64,000 nt of DNA from a virus. The notes beneath the pieces were generated by a model that worked only from the letters and a program-made list of their open reading frames with translations, was not told where the DNA came from and searched no databases. Within the stretch, counting starts at the first letter, position 1; the number at the start of each line of letters is the position of its first letter. A program made the translations under genes and the position numbers. Shown here piece after piece: positions 43,884-53,627 of this stretch. The DNA lies in IMG/VR virus record IMGVR_UViG_3300042922_000923, positions 1-64,000 of that record; one strand, written 5' to 3'.

Positions 43884-45245
43884 TTATAAATTATCACTCC
43901 CATCCATAACAATATCTTCTTCATCACCTAAATTTTCATCATCATCAGTAACAAATTTATCCACTGTAAGAACTTTTCTATCTCTATAGTCCTTTCCTTG
44001 AAGAGTCATGTGGTCCTTATTATCTCTGTTCTTAGCTATAAAGTATCTCATAATCTGTGCCTTTTGTTCTTTTACAGATTGACATAAAGCTATCATAGCA
44101 TCAGCTGAATTTGCTATTGCAAAGCATTCTGCAAGGTCTGCCATAGTTACAACTTTCTTACTTAATGCAGTTCTATTACACTGTGCTCCAGTCCATACAG
44201 CACAATCAAATTCATCAGCAATAGTTCTAATTTCAAGGTAAATAGCTTCAAATTCATCTCTTTTATCCTTGTATCCAACAGTGGACCTAAGTAGAGCACC
44301 ATAGTCAATTACTACAAGGTCAGGAGTAACGCCCTTAACATTTTGAAGTTGTTTTATATAGGCCTTAAGAGTATTAACAGTTGCACCTTTTACAGGGTAC
44401 TTCTTTATGAATAACTTTCCCTTTGAATATTTTTTACGGTTTAAGATAGCATTAATTACTCTAGATACGTTATCTTTAACATACTCAAATGGTTTCTTAA
44501 CAAACCTTAAGTCATAGTTTCTCGTAACTTGCTTTTCATTATTTTCAAAGAAAAAGTGAACAACGTTATATCCAGATTCAACAGCTGCTGCACCTAAATT
44601 TTGTAATTTTGTGGTTTTTCCACGACCTGGAGGTGCAATTATAATTCCCATTTCAGATCTACCTAGACCTCCATTGAAAATATTATCTAGCAATGGTTGC
44701 CCTGTAGTTATTCTCTCAATTACATCTGAAGATTCTCCATAGTTTGTTATTCTCTCATTTACATCTTCAAAGTACTCTACGCCTAAGTCATTTACTTGAC
44801 CTACTAGCATTGCCTCTTTTATCAAAGTTTCAATCTTTTCATATTTACCATTATTTTTAATAATTTCTGCACTTTCTAGAATTGCTTCAGTCAAAGCCTG
44901 ACTTCTTCCAAATTCAACTATTTTGTCCTTTGTGTACTCAGAAGAAGTTAGGTCATATGAAAATACGTGAGATATAGCCTCAATATAGTCTTCTTCTAGC
45001 TTCTCCTTTATCTTTGAGCCTTTAGTTAACGTACTTATTTCATTAATTAAGGCATCCATTGTAATGGATTTATTGTACTTTTTGTAATAATCCATTGTAA
45101 TTCTACAAATGTCATTGTGCACTTCTTTTTCAAAGTACCTAGGTTTAATGCACTCCTTGTATATCTCATAGGAGTTTTTATCTTTTATTAGTAAGGCAAG
45201 TATGTTTTCCTGCATAGTCTCTGTAAAATTATAACTGTCACTCAT
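43884..45245 (-). CDS. DnaB-like replicative helicase
   Basis: APPGRGKT, FFEN, VVIDY, WTGAQ.NR, AE, IAKNR; true start MSDSY after AAGGGGGA. Confidence 0.9.
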   Translation of the reverse strand: MSDSYNFTETMQENILALLIKDKNSYEIYKECIKPRYFEKEVHNDICRITMDYYKKYNKSITMDALINEISTLTKGSKIKEKLEEDYIEAISHVFSYDLTSSEYTKDKIVEFGRSQALTEAILESAEIIKNNGKYEKIETLIKEAMLVGQVNDLGVEYFEDVNERITNYGESSDVIERITTGQPLLDNIFNGGLGRSEMGIIIAPPGRGKTTKLQNLGAAAVESGYNVVHFFFENNEKQVTRNYDLRFVKKPFEYVKDNVSRVINAILNRKKYSKGKLFIKKYPVKGATVNTLKAYIKQLQNVKGVTPDLVVIDYGALLRSTVGYKDKRDEFEAIYLEIRTIADEFDCAVWTGAQCNRTALSKKVVTMADLAECFAIANSADAMIALCQSVKEQKAQIMRYFIAKNRDNKDHMTLQGKDYRDRKVLTVDKFVTDDDENLGDEEDIVMDGSDNL

Positions 45246-45308
45246 ATAGGTCCCCCTTAAGTTTATTAGTAATATCAAAATTTCTAATAAAATAGTCTTA
45301 CTAAATAT

Positions 45309-45354
45309 AAAAAAGATAGATTTGGAATAATTATTTCCAAACCTATCCACTTAG
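45309..45354 (-). promoter_or_regulatory. Phage promoter-terminator element upstream of DnaB-like helicase
   Basis: CTAAGTGG-N11-AATAATTA, 13-bp stem, U6 tract. Confidence 0.65.
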
Positions 45355-45356
45355 AG

Positions 45357-46181
45357 TTATGCATATGAGAGTAAAAGTTCCTGTTTAGATGGAGTTTCTG
45401 GTATCTCAAATTTATTTTCAATATTTCTAAGCATACTTTCTATAGCTTGCTTAGTCTTTTTATTTGAAAGTATTTTATTAACCTTTTCTAGCTGCTTTTT
45501 AGAATCAGAATCTGCAACTTCTTTACAGTATTCTTCAAGGGTTTCTATTAACCAATCACAGGTACTAATATAATACACGCTTAAGGATAACCAATTGTTA
45601 TATAATACAAAAATTTTCTTTTCGAGAGCTGTGCTATCCAGTGTAGAATATTTAATACCATTCTTTATAATTTTACAGTCATTTATTAATGCTTCTGATA
45701 TCTCTTCCCTCACTGTTTTTATTTTATTAGCAGTAAAAGCTGTACCATCTGCTTCATGCTCCTGAATTTTTCCTTTAATGTATCTATAGTAATGTGCTAT
45801 AGCTCTTTGAGAACATAGCTGTTGAGGATATATTCTACCATCTGAATTTTCCCAGTATTCGGCACGATCAAACTGAGAGTCTATATAGATAAAGGTATCC
45901 CAGTTACGCTTTATGCACAAGTTGCATACATTAGCAAAAAATTTCCAATTTTTATGATGTGTAGGATCTTTCCTACTAATTGCATTAAATCCATCTAGAT
46001 TTAAAAGTGTTCTAACTTTATATCCATAATAAGCTGCTACAGCTATAATATCTTCTTCCGTAGCATTTCCTAGTATCTTTAATGATTCTAATTTTTCCTT
46101 GCATTTTTCAAGCATACGTGCCTTAGGATCATAAATGGAAATTCTAAGTATACTTTTTGATTTAATAGCTTTTCTCTTCAT
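45357..46181 (-). CDS. Hypothetical replication-module protein
   Basis: 274 aa, located between the two helicases. Confidence 0.55.
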   Translation of the reverse strand: MKRKAIKSKSILRISIYDPKARMLEKCKEKLESLKILGNATEEDIIAVAAYYGYKVRTLLNLDGFNAISRKDPTHHKNWKFFANVCNLCIKRNWDTFIYIDSQFDRAEYWENSDGRIYPQQLCSQRAIAHYYRYIKGKIQEHEADGTAFTANKIKTVREEISEALINDCKIIKNGIKYSTLDSTALEKKIFVLYNNWLSLSVYYISTCDWLIETLEEYCKEVADSDSKKQLEKVNKILSNKKTKQAIESMLRNIENKFEIPETPSKQELLLSYA

Positions 46182-46185
46182 AGAA

Positions 46186-46395
46186 TCACACTTTCATATT
46201 ATTTACATCTTCTAGTAAGGAATATATAATATACGAGACACATACAGCTAAAGCTATAAGATATACAATCCGGAAGCTAAAAGGATCAGGGTATATCATA
46301 CCTATAATTATATTTGCTGTTCCAAATATAATGTAACACACATATATTTTACTTACCTTCCAACATTTTTTTATAAATTTATTAATCCTCAGCAT
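46186..46395 (-). CDS. Small membrane protein
   Basis: Two TM helices. Confidence 0.5.
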   Translation of the reverse strand: MLRINKFIKKCWKVSKIYVCYIIFGTANIIIGMIYPDPFSFRIVYLIALAVCVSYIIYSLLEDVNNMKV

Positions 46396-47872
46396 TTGAT
46401 ATTTCCTCCCAAGTTTCCTTTTTCATAGGATCTATCATTTTTATTTCAAATTTTTCCTCTTTTAAAACTGTATATCTATCTAAATTATGCTTCTTTAAGT
46501 TAGCTCCAGTAAAATCTAAGAAATCATAGAATCTAAGGCAACTTCCATCCTTTTTCTTTCTTAGTCCTCTTCCTAAGCCTTGAAGTAGTTTCCTGGGAGA
46601 CTTTTGACCTCTGGCATAGATAATTGCATTTATATTGTCAGTATCAATACCTTCATCTAGAACAGATGTTGCTATTAATACATTTATATTACCTGCTTTT
46701 AAATCTTCTAAAATTTGTTTTCTTACTTTAGTAGTTCTGCCTCCATGTGTAAATTCTATGGTACCTAGTGCACAACTATTTTCTAAGAGGTCCTTTAGGA
46801 GTTCTCCATGTTCTGTATGTTCTACAAGTATTAAAATATTACTATTGAGCAGCTTACGTTCTTTTTCAGCAATAATACGAATGAATTTATTTCTTAATGG
46901 ATTATTTGTTATGCACATGCTATATTCTTCAGCATAGTCAAGTATGTCATTAGGTTCTGGAGATTTTACTTCTATAAAATAGCACTTAGGTCTAGCTGAA
47001 GCATTTATGCTTATGAGGTATTCATTAGAAATATTTACGGTTGGTGTTCCAGTATATCCCATGACCATATGCTTTTCTATCTCTTTATCAGGAAGGGTAC
47101 CTGTTAAACCAATTCGTATTGGTGTAAGGTCTAATTGATTTAAAACTTTTTTATACGCTACTGAGGATGCATGTTGAACTTCATCAATAAAGATTGCTCT
47201 AATAGACCTAGCAAAATCTTTAAACTTTTTTTCTTTTATATGCTTTGATAGAGTAGGAATTAAACATACTGTTATTGTTCCTTCGCTCCATTTTCCAGCA
47301 CCTATTGTTCCAACGAATATACCTGGAAACGCTGTATTAAAATTTTGTATAGTTTGAAACAATAGTTCTTTAGTTGGAACAATAAATAGGATTCTTTCGT
47401 CTGTTTGTATCTTTTTTAGAATTTCATTCATAATAGCTTGTGCTGTAACAGTTTTACCTGCATTTGTAGCCATCTTTAAGATACCTCTATAAAAGTTCAT
47501 AGACCCTATTTTGTTATTTATAATAGAATTTACTGCATCCACCTGATAGTCTCTTAGACTTTTTTCACCAATAGAATAGCTGCTGTCTATTGCTTCTAAT
47601 TCTATTGCTGCTGGCCTCTTATCAATAATGCTGTAAGGTTCTTCATACTGTTCAAGAACCTCTATAAGTATAGGTAGTAAGCCAGTCATAAGCTCATTTC
47701 TTTCAAAAAAGTTTTTCTCTCCATTCCAATGACCAGCTCTGAAGGTAGGTGAAAAATAAGCTCCAGGAACTTTAAAAGTAAATCGTTGAGTAACTATTCT
47801 CCATAAAGCTGTTCCTATATCCTTAACTTCACATTTATCATTTCTTACTAAAATTTCTAGCAATTTACTCAC
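46382..47872 (-). CDS. SF2 DNA helicase (UvsW-like)
   Basis: LRDYQ, ATNAGKT, DEVQ, GLTGT, DEGID, QGLGRGLR. Confidence 0.9.
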   Translation of the reverse strand: MSKLLEILVRNDKCEVKDIGTALWRIVTQRFTFKVPGAYFSPTFRAGHWNGEKNFFERNELMTGLLPILIEVLEQYEEPYSIIDKRPAAIELEAIDSSYSIGEKSLRDYQVDAVNSIINNKIGSMNFYRGILKMATNAGKTVTAQAIMNEILKKIQTDERILFIVPTKELLFQTIQNFNTAFPGIFVGTIGAGKWSEGTITVCLIPTLSKHIKEKKFKDFARSIRAIFIDEVQHASSVAYKKVLNQLDLTPIRIGLTGTLPDKEIEKHMVMGYTGTPTVNISNEYLISINASARPKCYFIEVKSPEPNDILDYAEEYSMCITNNPLRNKFIRIIAEKERKLLNSNILILVEHTEHGELLKDLLENSCALGTIEFTHGGRTTKVRKQILEDLKAGNINVLIATSVLDEGIDTDNINAIIYARGQKSPRKLLQGLGRGLRKKKDGSCLRFYDFLDFTGANLKKHNLDRYTVLKEEKFEIKMIDPMKKETWEEISNAED

Positions 47873-47886
47873 TCCTTTATCTATAT

Positions 47887-47928
47887 AAAAGAAAAGAGAA
47901 CAGAAATTATTTTCTGCTCTCCAGTTAG
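47887..47928 (-). promoter_or_regulatory. Phage promoter-terminator element upstream of UvsW-like helicase
   Basis: CTAACTGG-N9-AATAATTT, 11-bp stem, U-tract. Confidence 0.6.
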
Positions 47929-47969
47929 AAGACTATTAATTATCATAGTATGTTTCAAAATTATTTGGT

Positions 47970-49163
47970 TTATTTATCAACAGTGTTACTAAAGGATATA
48001 TCAAGTTCTTTTAAAATTGTTAAATCATTGTATTTACCTTTAAAACAAATTCTAGGATTTATAGCTATAGCTCGTTTTCCTTTAAATCTAATTATTTTTA
48101 GTACAGGTTCTCCATAAACTGTCATAGCCAGAAACTTTCTTTTGAATCTTGTTATATTAGATTCATGTATTAACATAGATATTTCCATTAGTGTATAAGG
48201 TTCTATTCTTGATATATCTGGTTCAGAAGGGTTTTTACAACAGATATTTGTCTTAAAATGTAAATAAGGAATCATTCTATATAATAGTGATAGCTGTGCA
48301 TGTTCCCTTGGTGTAGAGTTATCATATAGCTCTTTTAATGCAGCACTAAAAATTCTAATTCCATTGTTATCATATTTAGTACAACTACCTTTTGAGGAAT
48401 ACTTTCTATTGATTCTAAATGTTTCATTAGCAGTAAAAGTAATTAATTTATAGTTTATAAGATTCTTTCTAAGTTTATAAGCATCTGTATTACTTAATTT
48501 AATAATATTTTTAAACTCTTTAGTTGTCACAAGTTTTTCTCTTTTAGTTGCTATATAATTTTTATAAGTCATATGGCAACATAAATAAAGAAACCTAGCT
48601 AGTAATGCAGAAGGAGCATCAGATAACAATTTTTCTTCGTAATTAAAGAAAAAGTAAGTGCCATAAACACAAGCTATTGAATCACTATATCTTTTAATGC
48701 TTTTGTAAGGTGCAGTAGTATTATTTAATAAATCTTGAACCAGAGTATCTTTCAAGTCTAGATCATTATTTTTTCTAAATAGAGAAATAATCCTTTTAAA
48801 CACCTTTCTATCTTCATCTAAGTCTTTTCCAATGGTCATATTTCCTAATAAATATTCTGTTAGTGTATCCTCAATGTTATACCCAGCCTCTAACGTGTTA
48901 TACTTTCTTATAAAAATGTCCTCACAAACAACTAGAACGTATTTATCTATAGGACTCTTAATGTCATCTCCTAAGACTTTTATAGCTTCAAATTTAAAAT
49001 TTTCTCCTCCATATTGCTTCCATTCACTCTGTAACATTTTATTTTTGTGCGTATAGTTATTTAACTGTCTTTTATGATCTGACCATCTTTTTTCTATGTC
49101 TAAAGTTTCACCAATATACATTTTATTATTAATTGTATTAGTTATTTTATAAATTCCCCTCAT
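47970..49163 (-). CDS. GIY-YIG endonuclease fused to a RepL-like/wHTH domain
   Basis: GIYKITN..NNKMYIGET..IEKRW..H...GYN; C-terminal part paralogous to 49185..50120. Confidence 0.8.
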   Translation of the reverse strand: MRGIYKITNTINNKMYIGETLDIEKRWSDHKRQLNNYTHKNKMLQSEWKQYGGENFKFEAIKVLGDDIKSPIDKYVLVVCEDIFIRKYNTLEAGYNIEDTLTEYLLGNMTIGKDLDEDRKVFKRIISLFRKNNDLDLKDTLVQDLLNNTTAPYKSIKRYSDSIACVYGTYFFFNYEEKLLSDAPSALLARFLYLCCHMTYKNYIATKREKLVTTKEFKNIIKLSNTDAYKLRKNLINYKLITFTANETFRINRKYSSKGSCTKYDNNGIRIFSAALKELYDNSTPREHAQLSLLYRMIPYLHFKTNICCKNPSEPDISRIEPYTLMEISMLIHESNITRFKRKFLAMTVYGEPVLKIIRFKGKRAIAINPRICFKGKYNDLTILKELDISFSNTVDK

Positions 49164-49184
49164 ATATTATCATCTCCACGTAGG

Positions 49185-50120
49185 CTATAGTAATTCTTCA
49201 TTATAACTACAAATTTGATTTTTAGCTGCATCAAATAGCAAACCTAATCCTTCCATTCTCTCAATATCTCCAAAGCTCCCTTTAAAATAGACTCTAGGAT
49301 TCACAACTACAATTTGATTTCCTTGAATTTCAGATATACATATAACAGGTTCACCTGCAACTGTCATGTCTAGCAACCTTCTTCTAAATCTAGTTATATT
49401 ACTTTGATGAAGTATTTTTGCAAGTTCCTTCAGTGTGTATGTTTCTAATTTGAGAGGATCACGCTCTGTAGGATTAGCACAACAGATATTCATACTAAAA
49501 TTTATATAGGGTAACAGTAAGTACAATAGAGCTAGTTGAACATGTTCTCTAGGTAAAGAGTTCATGTACAAGTCCTTTAAAGCATCTTCAAACACTCTTA
49601 CTTTTTCTTTACTTTTTGAAATTCCTTTTTTGCAATAGGATCTATTTACTCTAAGTTTTTCATCATCACCTAGTATTAGTAACCCATATTTAAACAAAGT
49701 AACTTTAGTTTTATAAAATTCTGAGTATTTCAAATTCAAAATTTCTCTTAAGTTATCTAGATTCATAGGTGTCTTATCACTATTTATTAATCTATTTTCA
49801 TAATCCATAAAGCAGCAAGTATACAGGAATCTAACTAGCATTTGAGGTGAAATTATGGATAAGGGTTTTGAATAAAAATTAAAATAAAAATTACCATAAG
49901 TATTAATCATATCTGAATTATTTTTCATTTTGCATTTTTCTTTCAATTTAAGTTCTGCGAGTTTATCTGATTTTCTATCATTATAGTTTATAACATTTGC
50001 TATAGTATTTAAAACTGCTGGAGAATTAACGTCCAATTCATTTCCGAATAGCTCTTTGTAAGTCTCAAACTCTTTAGAATATTTAGTATTTTTCATAGTA
50101 GCCTCCTTATTAATTATCAT
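49185..50120 (-). CDS. RepL-like/wHTH DNA-binding protein
   Basis: RFLY.C..M.Y.N, VN..Y..KG, LL..LPY, VNPRVYFKG. Confidence 0.55.
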   Translation of the reverse strand: MIINKEATMKNTKYSKEFETYKELFGNELDVNSPAVLNTIANVINYNDRKSDKLAELKLKEKCKMKNNSDMINTYGNFYFNFYSKPLSIISPQMLVRFLYTCCFMDYENRLINSDKTPMNLDNLREILNLKYSEFYKTKVTLFKYGLLILGDDEKLRVNRSYCKKGISKSKEKVRVFEDALKDLYMNSLPREHVQLALLYLLLPYINFSMNICCANPTERDPLKLETYTLKELAKILHQSNITRFRRRLLDMTVAGEPVICISEIQGNQIVVVNPRVYFKGSFGDIERMEGLGLLFDAAKNQICSYNEELL

Positions 50121-50665
50121 GTAGTAATATTTTACAATCTGTAACTTTTATAAAAAGTAAAATTACTATATAGTATTGTTATACCAGTAACATAGGATAG
50201 TTAAACATGTATATTTTATTTTTTATAAAAAAAATTTACTAGGTAGTAATAAAACTGTTATTCGTTACAATCTGTAACAAATAAAATTATTTGTAAATAA
50301 GTGTTTTATTGAAAGTATTCCTAGCTTTAGGTATAGAAATATAAAATAATACCATTACAATCTATGAAGACTTTTAAATAAGTTTTCAAGAGCTACTTGA
50401 TAAAATCATAAAAATTCGTTCTTTTATCTTGTACTACTTTTTAGTTAAAATGGTTGCGATTGAGCAACCAGATTTAATCTGAAAACCAACATAAGGTACC
50501 TAATGTAGAAAAGGAATCATTGCAATTTATTCTGCATAAACACATCAGGGTAATTGCCCTTCCAGGTTGGCTAGTGTTTGCTTCGCTGCACATATCCAAC
50601 ATTCCAGTTCAATTACCCTGATGAAAAAAATTTATTCTCTTTCTTTTTTAAGTAGAAGGGATTAA

Positions 50666-50893
50666 TTAGTCTCTATCTTTTTCAATTTTTCGCACCAAAA
50701 TTCCCTCTTCAGTAAACTGAACACTAATATATGGATCATCCTCAGTAATTCCTTGTGCCTTAAGCCAGCTATATGGAATACTTATCTTTGTGCTTATAGA
50801 TCCTGAACCTCCTTTTGGAAAAATAACTTTTCTAGTAACTGGTTCCTCAGTATCTATTTTCCCACTTCCTTTAGGTCTACCCACATTTAACAC
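50666..50893 (-). CDS. AbrB/MazE-type DNA-binding protein
   Basis: GGSGS...KISIP.SW....GI.......V.F.EEGI.VRK. Confidence 0.7.
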   Translation of the reverse strand: MLNVGRPKGSGKIDTEEPVTRKVIFPKGGSGSISTKISIPYSWLKAQGITEDDPYISVQFTEEGILVRKIEKDRD

Positions 50894-51164
50894 CTACTTT
50901 CCAATATTCATTGTCTGTGCCCTTTCCTATACAACCAATTTCAGTATATTCTTTACCATCAATTAACACTGTGTTGTATGCTGATGCTATAGTACTACGC
51001 ACATAAGTTTTACTTTTGTGTGCATAGATAGCAGCTTTCTTCTTTCTACCTTGTCCATCATAAATTACTGTAGCATTTCTTACTTTTTGCACTATTCCCA
51101 CTTCCCTTTTTTGTAGTCTATTACTATAAGTTTCCCTGCGTTTTCTATTGCAGCCTTTCCCCAC
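50877..51164 (-). CDS. Hypothetical protein
   Basis: ORF in operon; start uncertain. Confidence 0.45.
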   Translation of the reverse strand: MGKGCNRKRRETYSNRLQKREVGIVQKVRNATVIYDGQGRKKKAAIYAHKSKTYVRSTIASAYNTVLIDGKEYTEIGCIGKGTDNEYWKVGVKCG

Positions 51165-51421
51165 TTAGTATCTTCTTGAATAGATACTCTTACATGCTCA
51201 CAATTATTTTCATGTAAATATTCTATATATTTACTTAATGCGCTAGGCTTATGTGAATCATACTGTTCTATTAGATCATGAACTAACTCTAGTTTTCCTT
51301 GTTGTCTATAAAAATCATTTCCTTCGCATCCACTAAAATCCTCTAGATGTTCCTCAAGTTTCTTTAATTCATTAACATGGATTACACCATCATAATTTAC
51401 ATGTGTACCAAAATCTTTCAT
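51092..51421 (-). CDS. Hypothetical protein
   Basis: GGAGG RBS. Confidence 0.55.
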   Translation of the reverse strand: MKDFGTHVNYDGVIHVNELKKLEEHLEDFSGCEGNDFYRQQGKLELVHDLIEQYDSHKPSALSKYIEYLHENNCEHVRVSIQEDTKWGKAAIENAGKLIVIDYKKGKWE

Positions 51422-51738
51422 TACTTATCCTCCTTTGACAGTTCATATATAGAATATCCCCAAGCAAGTTCATCATTTAATACGCTTAAAACTATATAAT
51501 ATGTTACTCTATTTTTCCATATATTTTTGTAAACTCCATATTTTTCAGCGTTATTAATTAGTACAGCTGTGTCTCCTAGATTAAAGTTACCTGAAATTCC
51601 TATTTCCTCTTTCAATAGTTCTAGTGCTTCCTCTGACTCCATTACCTTATTAATTTTAGTTTCTGTTAATACTTTTATTTTTTCCATATAAAATACCTCC
51701 CTATGTATACTAAATTTTATGCAGTGCTTATGGTGCAC
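51421..51738 (-). CDS. Hypothetical protein
   Basis: GGAGG RBS before MEKIK. Confidence 0.55.
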   Translation of the reverse strand: MHHKHCIKFSIHREVFYMEKIKVLTETKINKVMESEEALELLKEEIGISGNFNLGDTAVLINNAEKYGVYKNIWKNRVTYYIVLSVLNDELAWGYSIYELSKEDK

Positions 51739-51748
51739 TGCAACCTAA

Positions 51749-52411
51749 TTAATGTGCATATACCAAAGTTCTTAGGTGTAACTTCTGTACATTGTATCCA
51801 CCTGCAAGTATAGTAGAAATATTTACAGATCCTTTATCTCCTTTAAATGATCCATCAAAACCTCTGTTTCCATTTGTTCTTAAGTGTGCTACAGATTCTA
51901 CATTTCCAATATTATCTTTTAATATAAACATAAGCTCTTTATACATGCAATCGTACATTTCATTGATTTGCTTTAAAGTTAATTTTATTGTTACAGACTT
52001 TCCTTTTGGACCAGCTACTAGTATTTCTCCACCTAACTTTATGAATTCTTGTTTGTTTTTATCTATTGCATCTAGTAAAACTTTAAGGTTTGGTTCATTA
52101 TCTTTACAATACTTTTTAAACATTGCTTCATCTAGTCCTTCTTTTTCCTTCTGTTCTAATATAGGTTTTAGAAGCGCTAAGTCTGCTAGATCATCTCTTA
52201 TGTCCTTTGTTCTGTCTTTAATTTTATTTCCTAATGCATATAATCTTTCACCATAATATTTATCATTTTCACTAAGTGATTTTAAATCTTCTATAGCTTT
52301 AGCTAAGTCTTCCTTGATATTTTCTAGCACCCTTTCTCTTTCTGATATATATCCTCTTAATTCTCCTAATGTTTTGCTTCCCCAGTATTTTTTAAATTCA
52401 GTCTTTGTCAT
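51749..52411 (-). CDS. Hypothetical phage protein (coiled coil plus TILAGGYNVQ.LH.R motif)
   Basis: 220 aa, conserved-looking C-terminus. Confidence 0.6.
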   Translation of the reverse strand: MTKTEFKKYWGSKTLGELRGYISERERVLENIKEDLAKAIEDLKSLSENDKYYGERLYALGNKIKDRTKDIRDDLADLALLKPILEQKEKEGLDEAMFKKYCKDNEPNLKVLLDAIDKNKQEFIKLGGEILVAGPKGKSVTIKLTLKQINEMYDCMYKELMFILKDNIGNVESVAHLRTNGNRGFDGSFKGDKGSVNISTILAGGYNVQKLHLRTLVYAH

Positions 52412-52474
52412 AGTTATTTCTCACCTCTCTACTTTAATTTGTAGTTTTAAGGTGAAACTACAAAACCTATTTAG

Positions 52475-52792
52475 TTAACCTATTAGAGAATCCAGTGTAT
52501 TTCTCTGATTTGCATACTTTTTAATTACTTCCACATATTTCCATTCAGCTTTATAGTTATAACAGCCTCTATCAGAAGTTACACTATCTAGAGCACCTTG
52601 TAGCTCTTCAAGTTGAGTTAGTACTTTGTCCTCTACCTCTTTATATTCTTCATACTTACCTTCCATAAACAAGTCATATAACTCAACTTCCTTTTTATAC
52701 ATGAGCTTTTCCCTCATTCTCTCTGCTTGTGCTATAACGTCATGCTTAATGTAGTATAGTTTAGCTTTCATATTCTCTATCTCCTTTCCCAT
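52475..52792 (-). CDS. Hypothetical protein
   Basis: First gene after a sigma-A-like promoter. Confidence 0.55.
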   Translation of the reverse strand: MGKEIENMKAKLYYIKHDVIAQAERMREKLMYKKEVELYDLFMEGKYEEYKEVEDKVLTQLEELQGALDSVTSDRGCYNYKAEWKYVEVIKKYANQRNTLDSLIG

Positions 52793-52813
52793 TCCGTTCC
52801 CTTTGATGATTTT

Positions 52814-52842
52814 ATTATATACCGTATCGGCATATTTGTAAA
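52814..52842 (-). promoter_or_regulatory. Sigma-A-like early promoter TTTACA-N17-TATAAT
   Basis: Minus strand TTTACAaatatgccgatacggtaTATAAT. Confidence 0.65.
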
Positions 52843-52885
52843 TACCTTTTTAGAAGATATTTCAATTAATTTTAAAGTACTAAAT

Positions 52886-52957
52886 AGAGCGTACACGCTC
52901 TTGAAACTATAAAGGATAAATTACACCTTAAACTAATTTCAAGAGCGTGTACGCTCT
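52886..52957. repeat. Perfect 21-bp inverted repeat with self-palindromic arms
   Basis: AGAGCGTACACGCTCTTGAAA ... TTTCAAGAGCGTGTACGCTCT. Confidence 0.9.
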
Positions 52958-53003
52958 GTCTGGTTATCTGTATTCAATATACAGCCTATAATTATTAACT
53001 ATT

Positions 53004-53279
53004 TTATTTAATAACTAGTTCCCTTCCACACTTAGGACACACTTTTACAGGATATATAAGTCTAACTCCCTTTCCTTTATCATCTATAGTATTACTTAGC
53101 TCAATAAACACTGTTCTTTGTTTCATTGTACCTTCTTTATCAAACCATAGCGTAGCTTCAATAGCCTGTTCGCCCTCCCATATATTGACCTTATCCGTTT
53201 TTCCTAATGACACTCCATTAGACTTATACTTCTTCATTCTTTCCTTTGCAGTATCTAAATCACAACATAAATTACACAT
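53004..53279 (-). CDS. Zn-ribbon hypothetical protein
   Basis: MCNLC...CPKCGREL. Confidence 0.6.
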   Translation of the reverse strand: MCNLCCDLDTAKERMKKYKSNGVSLGKTDKVNIWEGEQAIEATLWFDKEGTMKQRTVFIELSNTIDDKGKGVRLIYPVKVCPKCGRELVIK

Positions 53280-53296
53280 ATTATTTTCCTTTCTAT

Positions 53297-53623
53297 TTAT
53301 TCTAAATATTCTTTTAGTAGATCCTTTATCTTATCTAAATTTTCTTTACTTACATTTTCCCATTTATCAAATTTTCTAAGCTTTGTACATAAACTGTTAT
53401 ACTGTTGTTCACGATTATACTGGTCTATATCAAGTATTAAGAATGAAGAAAAGCCAACTCCCTCATGTTCACGTAAATTTTCTATTTCAAATCTAGCTCT
53501 ACTACCATCTACTGTTACATATTTTCTTCCAACTAAAGTAACTATAGTTTCGGTAATTCCACCTCTATATCTCCATAACCAAATTTTTTGGCCCTTTTTA
53601 ATAGTATTTTTCAATATGTTCAA
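53297..53623 (-). CDS. Hypothetical phage protein
   Basis: GQ.IW...V..VGRKYVTV...RF pattern. Confidence 0.6.
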   Translation of the reverse strand: MNILKNTIKKGQKIWLWRYRGGITETIVTLVGRKYVTVDGSRARFEIENLREHEGVGFSSFLILDIDQYNREQQYNSLCTKLRKFDKWENVSKENLDKIKDLLKEYLE

Positions 53624-53627
53624 CTCC

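Noticed and set aside
45246-45350. N-terminal extension of the DnaB-like helicase in the ORF track
   Set aside because: Runs through the promoter-terminator element; the RBS supports the ATG at 45245
47970-49163. Group I intron or intein association for the GIY-YIG and HNH genes
   Set aside because: Both are free-standing; polA, nrdD and the helicases appear uninterrupted with no intein motifs
50575-50595. SRP RNA or 6S RNA identity for the rod-like hairpin
   Set aside because: Lacks the SRP CAGG...GGAA...AGCA motif and is too short for 6S; kept only as an unclassified candidate
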